Counted from the stretch's first letter, positions 18,351 through 27,590 are shown. The stretch is DNA of 64,000 bases from Candidatus Anderseniibacteriota bacterium (GCA_040876835.1 JBBDOX010000011.1:1452-65451), one strand, 5' to 3'. Notes: generated by a model from the letters alone, not told the origin. Numbers and translations are program-made.

Positions 18351-18812
18351 ATGAACGCTCATCCTGATCACAAGCCACTCGATTACGATTACATTACTGA
18401 TGGTATCTACATTGGCACAAATGTCTGTTGCCAAGTTCATTTTGATGAACGCCTCGCCAAGGAAGGCATAGAGGCAGACATATCTTTGGAAGCAGACCGC
18501 GTGGATGCACCATTTGGTGTGGAGTTTTATTTGTGGCTGCCAGTGGTTGATCATACGGCACCAACACCGGAACAGGTAGAAACTGGTATTCAGATGCTAG
18601 AAACGCTGATGAAATTAGGCAAGAAAGTATACGTCCATTGCAAGAATGGGCATGGCCGGGCACCGACACTAATAGCTGCGTATCTGGTTAAACAAGGTAA
18701 GTCGGTGGATGAGGCAATTGCTTTTTTGCAGACGAAGCGGTCAGCCGTTCACCTTCGCGATATTCAGGAAAAAGCTTTAAGAGCATGTCGACAATCACTA
18801 ACAGTCTCTTAA
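18351..18812 (+). CDS. Dual-specificity / tyrosine-phosphatase-fold protein (CX5R)
   Basis: 153 aa. VHCKNGHGRAPT is the HCxxGxxR(S/T) P-loop of the PTP/DSP fold. Confidence 0.7.
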   Translation: MNAHPDHKPLDYDYITDGIYIGTNVCCQVHFDERLAKEGIEADISLEADRVDAPFGVEFYLWLPVVDHTAPTPEQVETGIQMLETLMKLGKKVYVHCKNGHGRAPTLIAAYLVKQGKSVDEAIAFLQTKRSAVHLRDIQEKALRACRQSLTVS

Positions 18813-18815
18813 GTT

Positions 18816-18998
18816 ATGGCAAGGAGTGTACAACAAGACGATTCAAGTCAGTTTCAATGTGAGGAGTGTGGTTTTATATACCGCGAAAGGCAGTGGGCGG
18901 AGAAATGCGAGGCGTGGTGCAAAGAGCACCAAAGCTGCAATCTCGAAATAATCCAGCATGGGGTTCCTGGCAAAGAAGGAGGTGATAGTCATGGATAA
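18816..18998 (+). CDS. Small CxxC…C…C zinc-ribbon-like protein
   Basis: 60 aa. QCEECGFIY…CEAWCKEHQSC. Directly follows the phosphatase. Confidence 0.4.
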   Translation: MARSVQQDDSSQFQCEECGFIYRERQWAEKCEAWCKEHQSCNLEIIQHGVPGKEGGDSHG

Positions 18999-19152
18999 GT
19001 GTTTAAAGTGTAGTATGGATTCGGAGGGATACAAGTGCGACGCGTGCGGGGCAGAGTCGAAGGAGCACGATGATAACCATGCGTGCGGGAGCGATCACTG
19101 CATGCCCAAATGCAAGGGATGTGGTCAAGCCCAAGTAAAATGTCCTTGCTAA
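18991..19152 (+). CDS. Cysteine-rich (12 Cys in 53 aa) metallothionein-like metal-binding peptide
   Basis: An AGGAGG RBS sits 8 nt before ATG 18991. MDKCLKCSMDSEGYKCDACG…HACGSDHCMPKCKGCGQAQVKCPC. The ORF-track entry starts earlier at 18958. Confidence 0.5.
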   Translation: MDKCLKCSMDSEGYKCDACGAESKEHDDNHACGSDHCMPKCKGCGQAQVKCPC

Positions 19153-19242
19153 TAACCTTTCGCAGCTGTAACAAAAACCGCTCGGTGGCCGATATTTCTT
19201 CCTTTTTATGCTTTTTATGTATTTTTAGTTTATTATGTAGGT

Positions 19243-20496
19243 ATGAATAAAAATATAATTGTTTCTGCTCTTTTTCTTCTCATCGGCGGTCTTGTAGGCG
19301 TAGGCGCATATGCCACTTCGACCGGTACCCGAGTGCCGAGTGATCGCATCCCCGGCCAGTATGTTGTTGTTCTCAAAGACACAACAACAAACCCAAATGA
19401 AGTTGCGAACAAGGTTGCTAAAGAATACGGCTTGGGCTTGCAGCAGGTATATGAGCACGCCCTGAAAGGATTTGCGGCGACTATTCCCGATGCCAGACTG
19501 GATAATGTAAAAAATGACAGTCGGGTGTTGTTTGTGAGTGAGGATAAAGTCGTGACGACATTTGCCAAACCTTCAGCTCCCAGTTCTTCAGCTAGCCAGA
19601 CCCTGCCAACTGGTGTTGACCGGATTAATGCGGAGAATAAAGCGAACAAAGGCACAGGCGTGAACGTAGCGGTGATTGATACTGGCATTGATCTAAAACA
19701 CCCTGACCTTAAAGCGAATATTGTGGGTGGTAAGAATTGCTCAACCGGCCGAAGCTATACTGACGGCAACGGGCACGGCACGCATGTGGCCGGAACGATT
19801 GCGGCGCTGAATAACAGCACGGGTGTAGTCGGCGTGGCGCCAGAAGCTAAGTTATGGGCGGTGCGGGTTTTGGATAATAGTGGCAGTGGATCATGGTCTT
19901 CAGTCATCTGCGGTATTGATTTTGTGACGAGCAAGGCGGGAACTATCAAAGTAGCCAATATGAGTCTCGGTGGCAGTGGGGGTAGTGATAACAATTGTGG
20001 GTTCACAAATAAGGATGCGTTACATAAAGCGATCTGCAATTCCCGGAATGCGGGTGTAACGTATGTGGTGGCGGCCGGTAACAGTGCGGCGGATGCCAGC
20101 AAATTTGTTCCGGCAGCGTATGACGATGCGGTCATTACTGTTTCCGCTTTGGCTGATTCTAATGGTCAACCGGGTGGCGGCGGAGCCGCAACCAGTTATG
20201 GTGTCGATGACACCTTTGCCAGTTTCAGCAATTACGGCAACGTGGTTGATCTGGGTGCACCTGGTGTGAATATTCTCTCCACATGGAAAGGTGGCGGCTA
20301 CAATACGATTAGTGGCACTAGTATGGCCACACCGCATGTGACCGGATCAGCGGCATTGTATATTGCTGCGCATCCCGGTTCGACTTGGGCACAAGTACAC
20401 GATGGCCTGAAAGCAATTGGTGAACTGACTGGCTTTGGGCACACAGATCCGTCCGGCAACCACCCCGAAGCGGTTGTTCGGGCTGATGCACTCTAA
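19243..20496 (+). CDS. Secreted subtilisin-like serine protease (S8) with I9 propeptide
   Basis: 417 aa. Signal peptide. Catalytic-triad motifs VAVIDTGID, HGTHVAGTIAA and GTSMATPHVTG. Confidence 0.88.
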   Translation: MNKNIIVSALFLLIGGLVGVGAYATSTGTRVPSDRIPGQYVVVLKDTTTNPNEVANKVAKEYGLGLQQVYEHALKGFAATIPDARLDNVKNDSRVLFVSEDKVVTTFAKPSAPSSSASQTLPTGVDRINAENKANKGTGVNVAVIDTGIDLKHPDLKANIVGGKNCSTGRSYTDGNGHGTHVAGTIAALNNSTGVVGVAPEAKLWAVRVLDNSGSGSWSSVICGIDFVTSKAGTIKVANMSLGGSGGSDNNCGFTNKDALHKAICNSRNAGVTYVVAAGNSAADASKFVPAAYDDAVITVSALADSNGQPGGGGAATSYGVDDTFASFSNYGNVVDLGAPGVNILSTWKGGGYNTISGTSMATPHVTGSAALYIAAHPGSTWAQVHDGLKAIGELTGFGHTDPSGNHPEAVVRADAL

Positions 20497-20504
20497 CTCT
20501 ACAC

Positions 20505-20804
20505 ATGGAAACACCTCTACCGCCTCGTAAATCAAAGAAGGGTAAGTTAGTCGGCGTACTTATCATTATAGTATTGGTCGTTGGTGTTGCTGCCTATTTC
20601 TACGTGCGACATGTTTTCACCCGCCTCAACCAAGCCGAACAAGTTATTGCCGACGCCCAAGCCTACCAGATCACGAGCGATGCTCTGCAAACCGAGCACG
20701 CTCGGTGTCAGGATTTTATTGTCCAGCGCCGCGGCGATTTTGGAGACTTTGAGTACTGCAAAGCATTTATTAATTGGGTGGCAAGCAATCAATTGCTGCC
20801 CTAG
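20505..20804 (+). CDS. Hypothetical membrane-anchored protein
   Basis: 99 aa with an N-terminal TM helix. No recognisable domain. Confidence 0.4.
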   Translation: METPLPPRKSKKGKLVGVLIIIVLVVGVAAYFYVRHVFTRLNQAEQVIADAQAYQITSDALQTEHARCQDFIVQRRGDFGDFEYCKAFINWVASNQLLP

Positions 20805-20852
20805 TACGCAATTATTAATGGGGTCAGCCACCATTAATTCTTCAGCTCCCTT

Positions 20853-20885
20853 ATTCTGGTTCGGAAGACGTCCTGGTCTGCGAGC
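20853..20885 (+). repeat. REP-like repeat family R2 copy a
   Basis: ATTCTGGTTCGGAAGACGTCCTGGTCTGCGAGC is identical to 23080-23112. Confidence 0.7.
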
Positions 20886-20966
20886 TCGTAAAAATATAGC
20901 TTAATTAAGCAGTTGAACATTAGACAAGAGCAGGACGCTAGAACCACTAACATTTATTATTACTAA

Positions 20967-21533
20967 ATGGAGAGTGAGCCCAAATTGATAATCATTACAG
21001 GTCGTCCAGGTTCAGGAAAAACAACCCTAGCTAAGAAGCTTGGAGAGTCTCTATTTATGCCTGTGGTTGTTCGGGATGAAATAAAAGAGGGTTACATTAA
21101 CACATTCAATACGAGTCACAATAATCTTCCGGATGAGACAAATGGCAAAGTAACAAGGATATTTTTTGAAAATGTTGATTTTCTTTTATCTCGCAATGTC
21201 TCATTGGTTGCAGAAGCTGCCTTCCAGCATCATGTTTGGGAGCCACAGATTGCCAAATGGAAGGAAACTGCAAATATATTCTTCATTATTTGTGAAATTG
21301 ATGCCGACGTGGCTGCTGAGCGTCATATAAAGAGGGGCGTAGAAGAACCTAAGCGAGAGCTATATCACGGAGACAACAAGGTGGTTCACTTCAAAAAGAC
21401 GGGGGAAGTATTGCCGGCGGGTGAATATACGCCACCTTCCCTTGATGTGCCGACTTTGAAAGTCTCAACCCTAGATGGCTACGCCCCGTCATTAGAAGAA
21501 ATTGAAAAACAAATTACTGAGTCAATAAACTAA
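20967..21533 (+). CDS. P-loop NTPase / putative small-molecule or nucleotide kinase (AAA_33/zeta-like)
   Basis: 188 aa. Walker A GRPGSGKTTLAKKL near the N-terminus. No other diagnostic motif. Confidence 0.5.
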   Translation: MESEPKLIIITGRPGSGKTTLAKKLGESLFMPVVVRDEIKEGYINTFNTSHNNLPDETNGKVTRIFFENVDFLLSRNVSLVAEAAFQHHVWEPQIAKWKETANIFFIICEIDADVAAERHIKRGVEEPKRELYHGDNKVVHFKKTGEVLPAGEYTPPSLDVPTLKVSTLDGYAPSLEEIEKQITESIN

Positions 21534-21620
21534 ATTTGCCCTCGTGGGCGCAGGTCTGGAATATAAACATATTCTTTCTGCATCTGGAAAATAGTTCTAA
21601 CGTCGTCTACGATTCGGAGC
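21522..21620 (+). repeat. REP-like repeat family R1 copy b
   Basis: Begins inside the last codons of the preceding CDS (TCAATAAACTAA). Includes the identical 37-mer at 21584-21620. Confidence 0.7.
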
Positions 21621-21674
21621 AATACATACGAGCCATATCCTTGCACCTTGTGTATATAGAAATATAATCAGGAT

Positions 21675-22496
21675 ATGGATGCAAAAGACATGCAGTTCGC
21701 AGACTCGATACCGAAGAATTATGATCGGTACCTTGGACCTCTCTTATTTACGTTCACAAGTGCTGACACCGCGCGGCGGGTCGCAGCGATCGGTCTTAAA
21801 ACCGGAAAGGTGCTTGAGATCGCTGCCGGGACGGGCATTACAACCGAACATATGCGAAATGCCTTACCAGAGTCGGTACATATTGTCGCGACGGACATTT
21901 CAGAGGCAATGCTCGTGTTTGCAAGACAGAAGCGAGGCCATTTACAGAATGTTGCCTGGGAGGCCGCTGACGCGATGGATCTTCTGTATGAAGACAATAG
22001 TTTTGATGCCGTGGTTTGTCAGTTCGGGATCATGTTTTTTCCTGATAAAGAAAAAGGCCTTGTTGAGATGCTACGCGTCCTGAAACCAGGAGGGACGCTC
22101 ATTATTAATGTTTGGGATTCACAAGATAAGAATCGTGTTGTAAGGCTCTGCGGTGAGATAATAGCGTCATTTTTTGAAACAGAGCCGCCGACATTTCTTA
22201 AGATCCCGTTTGGGTTCTATGATGTCGATGCGATCACCACAATGATAGAGGACGCCGGATTTGACGAAGTTACATCTGAATATGTTTCAGAAACATTCAC
22301 CACTATTCCGGCATCCGACATCGCACGCGGCATGGTCATGGGAAATCCAACCATTGGAGAGTTACAAAAACGAGGAACTACTGGTATCGATACTGTGGTC
22401 AATGCGATCACTGAGGCTATTGAAGACGAATTTGGGAAAAACACACCGACATTCTCAATACAAGAAATAGTTTTTACCGCAAAGAAACCTTTTTAG
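21675..22496 (+). CDS. Class I SAM-dependent methyltransferase
   Basis: 273 aa. VLEIAAGTGITTE (motif I) and …LKPGGTLII… (post-II). Confidence 0.75.
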   Translation: MDAKDMQFADSIPKNYDRYLGPLLFTFTSADTARRVAAIGLKTGKVLEIAAGTGITTEHMRNALPESVHIVATDISEAMLVFARQKRGHLQNVAWEAADAMDLLYEDNSFDAVVCQFGIMFFPDKEKGLVEMLRVLKPGGTLIINVWDSQDKNRVVRLCGEIIASFFETEPPTFLKIPFGFYDVDAITTMIEDAGFDEVTSEYVSETFTTIPASDIARGMVMGNPTIGELQKRGTTGIDTVVNAITEAIEDEFGKNTPTFSIQEIVFTAKKPF

Positions 22497-22631
22497 AATA
22501 AAGGTGTCAGGTACTTTTATTCCTTTACAGAGCATCTTGGCTGGTGTTCAGCAGAGTCCAGTGATTGAAAAAAGAATCAAGAAGCTGTTGCTTAGAAATA
22601 GTGAGTAGCGGAGTGGGGTATACTAAACCAT

Positions 22632-23033
22632 ATGCAAAAAGTTATCTTCATATGTGCTGAAAACGCGGGGCGCTCTCAAATGGCAGAAGCGTTTTTTAAT
22701 ACCTTATCGGGCAATTCTGGTTTTACCGCTGAAAGTGCTGGTACTACGCCTGCTTCCACAATTAACCCCGTGGCTATTGAAGTAATGGGAGAAAAAGGCA
22801 TGGATATTTCTTCTCAATTTCCCAAGCAGTTTGACCCTGATACTGCTGGTGAGTATGAACGCCTTATCTCTTTCGGGTGTCTGGTAAAATCTGCATTTTC
22901 GCCAGCCGTGCAGGAAAGGATTGAGGATTGGATTGTAGAAGACCCCAAGGATAAGGAGCTAGAAGAGGTTCGTACTATCCGTGATGATATTGAGCGACGG
23001 GTGAAAGCACTGTTAGCTGACCTGGGAGAATAA
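22632..23033 (+). CDS. Low-molecular-weight phosphotyrosine phosphatase / ArsC-like (LMW-PTP fold)
   Basis: 133 aa. N-terminal P-loop ICAENAGRSQMAE (CX5R-S). Lacks the downstream Cys pair of thioredoxin-coupled ArsC, so LMW-PTP is favoured. Confidence 0.68.
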   Translation: MQKVIFICAENAGRSQMAEAFFNTLSGNSGFTAESAGTTPASTINPVAIEVMGEKGMDISSQFPKQFDPDTAGEYERLISFGCLVKSAFSPAVQERIEDWIVEDPKDKELEEVRTIRDDIERRVKALLADLGE

Positions 23034-23079
23034 CTTTCCTTGTCCCTGCTTTGACCAGATATGCTTTTGATACTGCCGG

Positions 23080-23112
23080 ATTCTGGTTCGGAAGACGTCC
23101 TGGTCTGCGAGC
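23080..23112 (+). repeat. REP-like repeat family R2 copy b, plus an inverted related element at 23152-23182
   Basis: Identical 33-mer to 20853-20885. The reverse complement of 23152-23182 reads GCCTACCTCTGGTTCGAAACTCCGACTTGG, related to R1 and unit 2. Confidence 0.65.
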
Positions 23113-23239
23113 AGTAATTTTAACCGCTCAATACAGCGATATAATTTTCGACCCAAGTCGGAGTTTCGAACCAGAGGTAGGCAATTAATAACTTCGCTTG
23201 ATTATCTCTTTATCTCTTTATATATTCGTAGTAGCGAAT

Positions 23240-23752
23240 ATGTATCAAGAGGTGTTCCAACTTCACGCTGATCTCCTTAAAGCCTTGGCCCAACCACGCC
23301 GTCTTGAGATTATCAACTTGCTTCAAAATCAAGAGCTGTCAGTGACTGAGATGCAGGAGATGTTGGCTTTACCCCAGGCTAACCTAAGCCAGCACTTGCA
23401 GGTGTTACGCAAGCAAGGAGTGGTTATTGATCGACGAGATGGCAAACAGATATTTTATCGGTTAGCACACAAGAACTTTCTCAAAGCCAATCATCTTTTG
23501 CGCGATGTGTTGATTAAACGGCACGAGAAAACACCATTAGCAAAAGTTATGAATAAAGAGGTGGCTCAACTACTACCCGTCGTTATCGACCCCGTCTGTG
23601 GTATGCGGGTGAGTAAAAAAACTGCAGCCGCTTCTCACCCACACAAAGGAAGTCGCTTTTATTTCTGCGCTAGGGGGTGTTTGAATAAATTTAAGAAGTC
23701 CCCTCAAGTATATTCCTTAACAACAAAAACTCATGAACACACCGCACCGTAA
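23240..23752 (+). CDS. ArsR-family HTH regulator fused to a C-terminal YHS/TRASH-type metal-binding domain (putative copper sensor)
   Basis: ATG at 23240; the ORF-track start is TTG 23198. HTH …LSVTEMQEMLALPQANLSQHLQVLRKQGVV…. C-terminal DPVCGMRV…FYFCARGC is a YHS-like motif. Confidence 0.68.
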   Translation: MYQEVFQLHADLLKALAQPRRLEIINLLQNQELSVTEMQEMLALPQANLSQHLQVLRKQGVVIDRRDGKQIFYRLAHKNFLKANHLLRDVLIKRHEKTPLAKVMNKEVAQLLPVVIDPVCGMRVSKKTAAASHPHKGSRFYFCARGCLNKFKKSPQVYSLTTKTHEHTAP

Positions 23753-25427
23753 CAAGTATCTTGGCATCATCGTTGTTATCGCCCTACTTATTGGCGCCGG
23801 TTGGTTAGCGGGCAGATATCAGAATGGTGGCGATCAACGCACTAGATCACAGCAAGTTTTGAAATTCTTTTCATCTGAAACAACGGGATTAACCGATGCT
23901 GTGCCTATGCCAATCGTTGAGCTGAAAGACGGTGATACCTACGACCTCACAGCGCAGCAAGTTAAGAAAAGTATCAACGGGCAGGATGTGAAAATGCTCG
24001 CCTACAACGGCTCTGTTCCCGGGCCGCTGATTAAAGTGCCGCAAGGAGCGGAGATCACTGTTAACTTCACCAACAACACGGATGTGGAAACCACCCTACA
24101 TTCTCACGGCGTACGGGTTGATAACGCATTCGATGGTATCCCAGGCATAACCCAAGACCCCATTCCCGTCGGCGGGTCTTTTACCTATCGCCTCAAATTC
24201 CCCGATGCTGGTATGTACTGGTATCACCCGCATATCCGAGAAGACTATGCCCAAGAGCTGGGACTGTACGGTAATTTCTTAGTTGAACCGAAAGATACTG
24301 CGTTGTGGTCGCCGGTTAATCGTGAAGTACCCCTGGTGCTCGATGACATTTTAATTGAGAATGGCCGGATCGCAGCTTTTGCGGAAAATGATGCCAGTCA
24401 TACCCTTATGGGTCGCTTTGGTAATACGATGCTGATAAATGGCGAAACCAGTGCAAGCCTTATTGCCAATCCAGGAGAAGTTGTCCGTTTCTTTATCACT
24501 AACACCGCCAACACCCGCACTTTCAATTTTAGTATTCCGGGGGCACAAATGAAGCTCGTTGGTAGCGATGGCGGAATGTATGAGAAAGAAACATTTGTTG
24601 ATAGCGTTACCATTAGCCCATCGGAGAGAGCGACAGTAGACGTGCGATTCGCGAACGTCGGAACATACTCACTGCAACACGCCACACCTCAAAAAACGTA
24701 TCCGCTTGGCACTGTCATTGTAAGTGGTGAGGCAGTCTCTCCCTCATATGCATCCCAGTTTGCAACGACGCGAACCAATGCAATTGTGCAATCGGAAATG
24801 GATGAGTTGCGTCCTCTGCTAGCAAGGGTTGTTGATAAAAGTCTCAATATTGGCATCGACATGGAAATGATGAACATGATACAGGGTGGTGGCGGACACA
24901 TGATGTTCAACGGACTGCTTGGCAACGAAGCCTTAGCGCAAATGAGTAATCCCACAGCTGGTCACGGGCAGCACATGATGCCGGACGGTAGCATAATGAG
25001 TAACAATATGATGATGGGTGGCAATGATCCGATTGAGTGGGAAGATGATATGGTACCGATGAATATAAACTCCAACAAAGAGTCAGTTCAATGGAAGCTG
25101 ATCGATGAAGTGACTGGTAAAGCGAACATGGATATTGACTGGAAGTTTAAGGTCGGAGACAAAGTCAAAATTAGAATTACCAATGACGCTAATTCCATGC
25201 ATCCGATGCAACATCCCATTCATCTACACGGTCAGCGTTTTCTTGTCACCAGCACCAATGGTATAGCAAGTGGTAACCTAGTCTGGAAAGACACCGCGCT
25301 TATCAAAACTGGCGATACGGTTGAACTGCTGGTTGATATGACTAATCCAGGAGAGTGGATGCTGCACTGTCACATTGCTGAGCACTTGGAGGACGGCATG
25401 ATGCTGCCGTTTACCGTTAGCCCTTAG
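23733..25427 (+). CDS. Multicopper oxidase (CueO/laccase-like) with Met/His-rich insert
   Basis: 564 aa. Copper-ligand motifs HSHGVRV, WYHPH, HPIHLHGQRF and HCHIAEHLEDGMM. Met-rich segment MEMMNMIQGGGGHMMFN…HMMPDGSIMSNNMMMGG. Signal/TM helix at the N-terminus. Confidence 0.85.
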   Translation: MNTPHRNKYLGIIVVIALLIGAGWLAGRYQNGGDQRTRSQQVLKFFSSETTGLTDAVPMPIVELKDGDTYDLTAQQVKKSINGQDVKMLAYNGSVPGPLIKVPQGAEITVNFTNNTDVETTLHSHGVRVDNAFDGIPGITQDPIPVGGSFTYRLKFPDAGMYWYHPHIREDYAQELGLYGNFLVEPKDTALWSPVNREVPLVLDDILIENGRIAAFAENDASHTLMGRFGNTMLINGETSASLIANPGEVVRFFITNTANTRTFNFSIPGAQMKLVGSDGGMYEKETFVDSVTISPSERATVDVRFANVGTYSLQHATPQKTYPLGTVIVSGEAVSPSYASQFATTRTNAIVQSEMDELRPLLARVVDKSLNIGIDMEMMNMIQGGGGHMMFNGLLGNEALAQMSNPTAGHGQHMMPDGSIMSNNMMMGGNDPIEWEDDMVPMNINSNKESVQWKLIDEVTGKANMDIDWKFKVGDKVKIRITNDANSMHPMQHPIHLHGQRFLVTSTNGIASGNLVWKDTALIKTGDTVELLVDMTNPGEWMLHCHIAEHLEDGMMLPFTVSP

Positions 25428-25445
25428 TTTATTAATTGTTCTTTT

Positions 25446-27590
25446 ATGAACCACAATAATCAAACATCGAAAACATACACTTGTCCGATGCATCCTAATG
25501 TTCGGCAGGGTACTCCCGGTATGTGTGCTGAATGCGGAATGGCACTTGTAGAGACAAAGGACGAAGCTATTCACCACGGACACGCTGAAGACCATAGTCA
25601 GCACGACAAGCACGAAGGCCACAGCACGAATATCTTCGCCAAGAAATTCTGGATTAGCTTGGTTTTAACAATCCCGATTGTTCTTTATTCACCTTTGCCG
25701 CAAACATTTCTCGGCTGGTCACCGCCGACTTTTTCTGGCTCTTGGCTTATCCCACTGCTACTTGGATCAATTGTCTTTTTCTACGGCGGCTGGGTTTTCC
25801 TAACCAGCGCTTGGCGGGAACTGAAGGGCAAAGCGCCCGGAATGATGACGCTCATTTCGTTGGCGATAGTGACGGCGTATGTGTATAGCGTCATCCAAGT
25901 TTTACGAGGATTAGAAGAAACACTGTTTTGGGAACTCACGACTTTGATTGTTGTGATGCTCTTAGGGCACTGGATGGAGATGCGGGCAGTCAAAGGAGCG
26001 CAAGGAGCTTTAAAGGAGTTGTCCAAGTTGTTACCTGATACGGCAGAAGTTGAATCCCCCTCCGCTAAAGTTTCGGGGGATAAACTCACTCGTGTTATTC
26101 CTCTCTCTGAACTGCAAGCAGGCGATATTATCATTGTTCGCCCCGGTGGCAAGGTGGCGGCTGATGGTGATGTTATTGAAGGAGAATCAGATATCGACGA
26201 AGCTTTGGCCACCGGTGAATCAAAGCCAGTCCAGAAAAAAGTTGGGGATGCGGTGATTGCCGGTACTATAAACGGCGATGGTTCGCTGCGTGTAAAGATC
26301 ACCAAGATTGGCGACGACACGTTCTTAGCTGGCGTGATGCGTTTGGTGCAAGAAGCGCAAGCCAGCAAGTCAAAGCTACAACTTTTATCTGATAAAGCAG
26401 CTTTTTATCTGACAGTCATCGCGGTTGCAGTTGGGTTGCTCACCTTGGTTGTCTGGTTGCCGTTGCGCGGCGCTGACTTTGGCTTTACCCGCATGGTGGC
26501 CGTTCTGGTGATTGCCTGTCCGCATGCGCTTGGACTTGCTATCCCCCTTGTCGCTTCTATCTCAACTACGATGGCTGCTCGTAACGGTTTTCTGGTCAGG
26601 CAGCGATTAGCACTTGAAGCAGCTCGCAATATTGATGTAGTTCTGTTCGATAAAACCGGAACACTGACCAAAGGAGAGTATGGCGTGTCTCGTATTTTTC
26701 CCGTACATGCGGCCGATGATAAGGAAGTATTATATTTGGCAGCTTCGGTTGACGTAAAATCTGAACACTCAGCTTCCCGAGCAATCGTCAGGAAGGCGCA
26801 AGAAGAGAATATTAGCTTGACGGCCATTACTGGTTTCAAGCGACTGCCGGGCAGAGGTGTCAGCGGTGTGATTAATGGTCAAACAACTAAAGTTGGTGGT
26901 CGCGCTCTCTGGAATGAGTCAGGCCTATCGTTGGCAGTTGCCGATCGTCAAAAGATTGAAGCGGAGAGCAAGGCCGGTAAAACCATTATTTATGTACTGA
27001 AAGAAAAGGAGCTCGCAGGCATTATTACACTCGGTGACATCATCCGCGAAGAGTCACGAGAGGCCATCCGGCAACTCAAGGCTCAAAATGTTCAGGTAGC
27101 TTTGGTTTCTGGAGATTCAGAAGCCGTAGCAAAGTGGGTATCACAGGAGCTTGATATCGATGAATACTTTGCGGAAGTGTTGCCGGAGCACAAAGCGGAC
27201 AAGGTTAAACAATTACAGCAGCAAGGTAAGAAGGTCGCCATGGTCGGCGACGGCATCAACGACGCCCCGGCCTTAACGCAGGCTGATGTCGGCATTGCCA
27301 TCGGAGTCGGTACGAACGTCGCCATCGAATCAGCCGGCATCGTGCTGGTAAAAAACGATCCGCGAGACATTCCCAAGATTATCCGGCTTTCCCGTCTGAC
27401 CTACACCAAAATGATCCAGAACCTCTTCTGGGCAACGGGGTACAATATTGTAGCACTGCCATTAGCAGCAGGGGTGGCAGTCGCTTGGGGTATTGTGCTT
27501 AACCCGGCCGTGTCAGCTGTTTTTATGTCGCTTTCCACTGTAATTGTGGCTGTGAATGCGGTGATGTTGCGACGACAGTCGTTACAGTAG
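25446..27590 (+). CDS. copB: Copper-translocating P1B-type ATPase, CopB-like (P1B-3: CPH motif, His-rich N-terminus)
   Basis: 714 aa. N-terminal CPMHP…CAECGM and HHGHAEDHSQHDKHEGH. TM CPH (ACPHALG). DKTGTLT, GDGINDAP and TGES motifs. Confidence 0.9.
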   Translation: MNHNNQTSKTYTCPMHPNVRQGTPGMCAECGMALVETKDEAIHHGHAEDHSQHDKHEGHSTNIFAKKFWISLVLTIPIVLYSPLPQTFLGWSPPTFSGSWLIPLLLGSIVFFYGGWVFLTSAWRELKGKAPGMMTLISLAIVTAYVYSVIQVLRGLEETLFWELTTLIVVMLLGHWMEMRAVKGAQGALKELSKLLPDTAEVESPSAKVSGDKLTRVIPLSELQAGDIIIVRPGGKVAADGDVIEGESDIDEALATGESKPVQKKVGDAVIAGTINGDGSLRVKITKIGDDTFLAGVMRLVQEAQASKSKLQLLSDKAAFYLTVIAVAVGLLTLVVWLPLRGADFGFTRMVAVLVIACPHALGLAIPLVASISTTMAARNGFLVRQRLALEAARNIDVVLFDKTGTLTKGEYGVSRIFPVHAADDKEVLYLAASVDVKSEHSASRAIVRKAQEENISLTAITGFKRLPGRGVSGVINGQTTKVGGRALWNESGLSLAVADRQKIEAESKAGKTIIYVLKEKELAGIITLGDIIREESREAIRQLKAQNVQVALVSGDSEAVAKWVSQELDIDEYFAEVLPEHKADKVKQLQQQGKKVAMVGDGINDAPALTQADVGIAIGVGTNVAIESAGIVLVKNDPRDIPKIIRLSRLTYTKMIQNLFWATGYNIVALPLAAGVAVAWGIVLNPAVSAVFMSLSTVIVAVNAVMLRRQSLQ

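Noticed and set aside
14292-23182. Repeats considered as a CRISPR array or as att sites of a single integrated element
   Set aside because: There is no regular repeat-spacer periodicity, the copies sit kilobases apart, and the two identical pairs interleave rather than nest.
25781-26368. 195-aa ORF antisense to copB, with similar antisense ORFs inside the MCO, purM (48161-49183) and HD genes (62318-63145)
   Set aside because: They lie entirely within strongly supported genes on the opposite strand and have no motifs.
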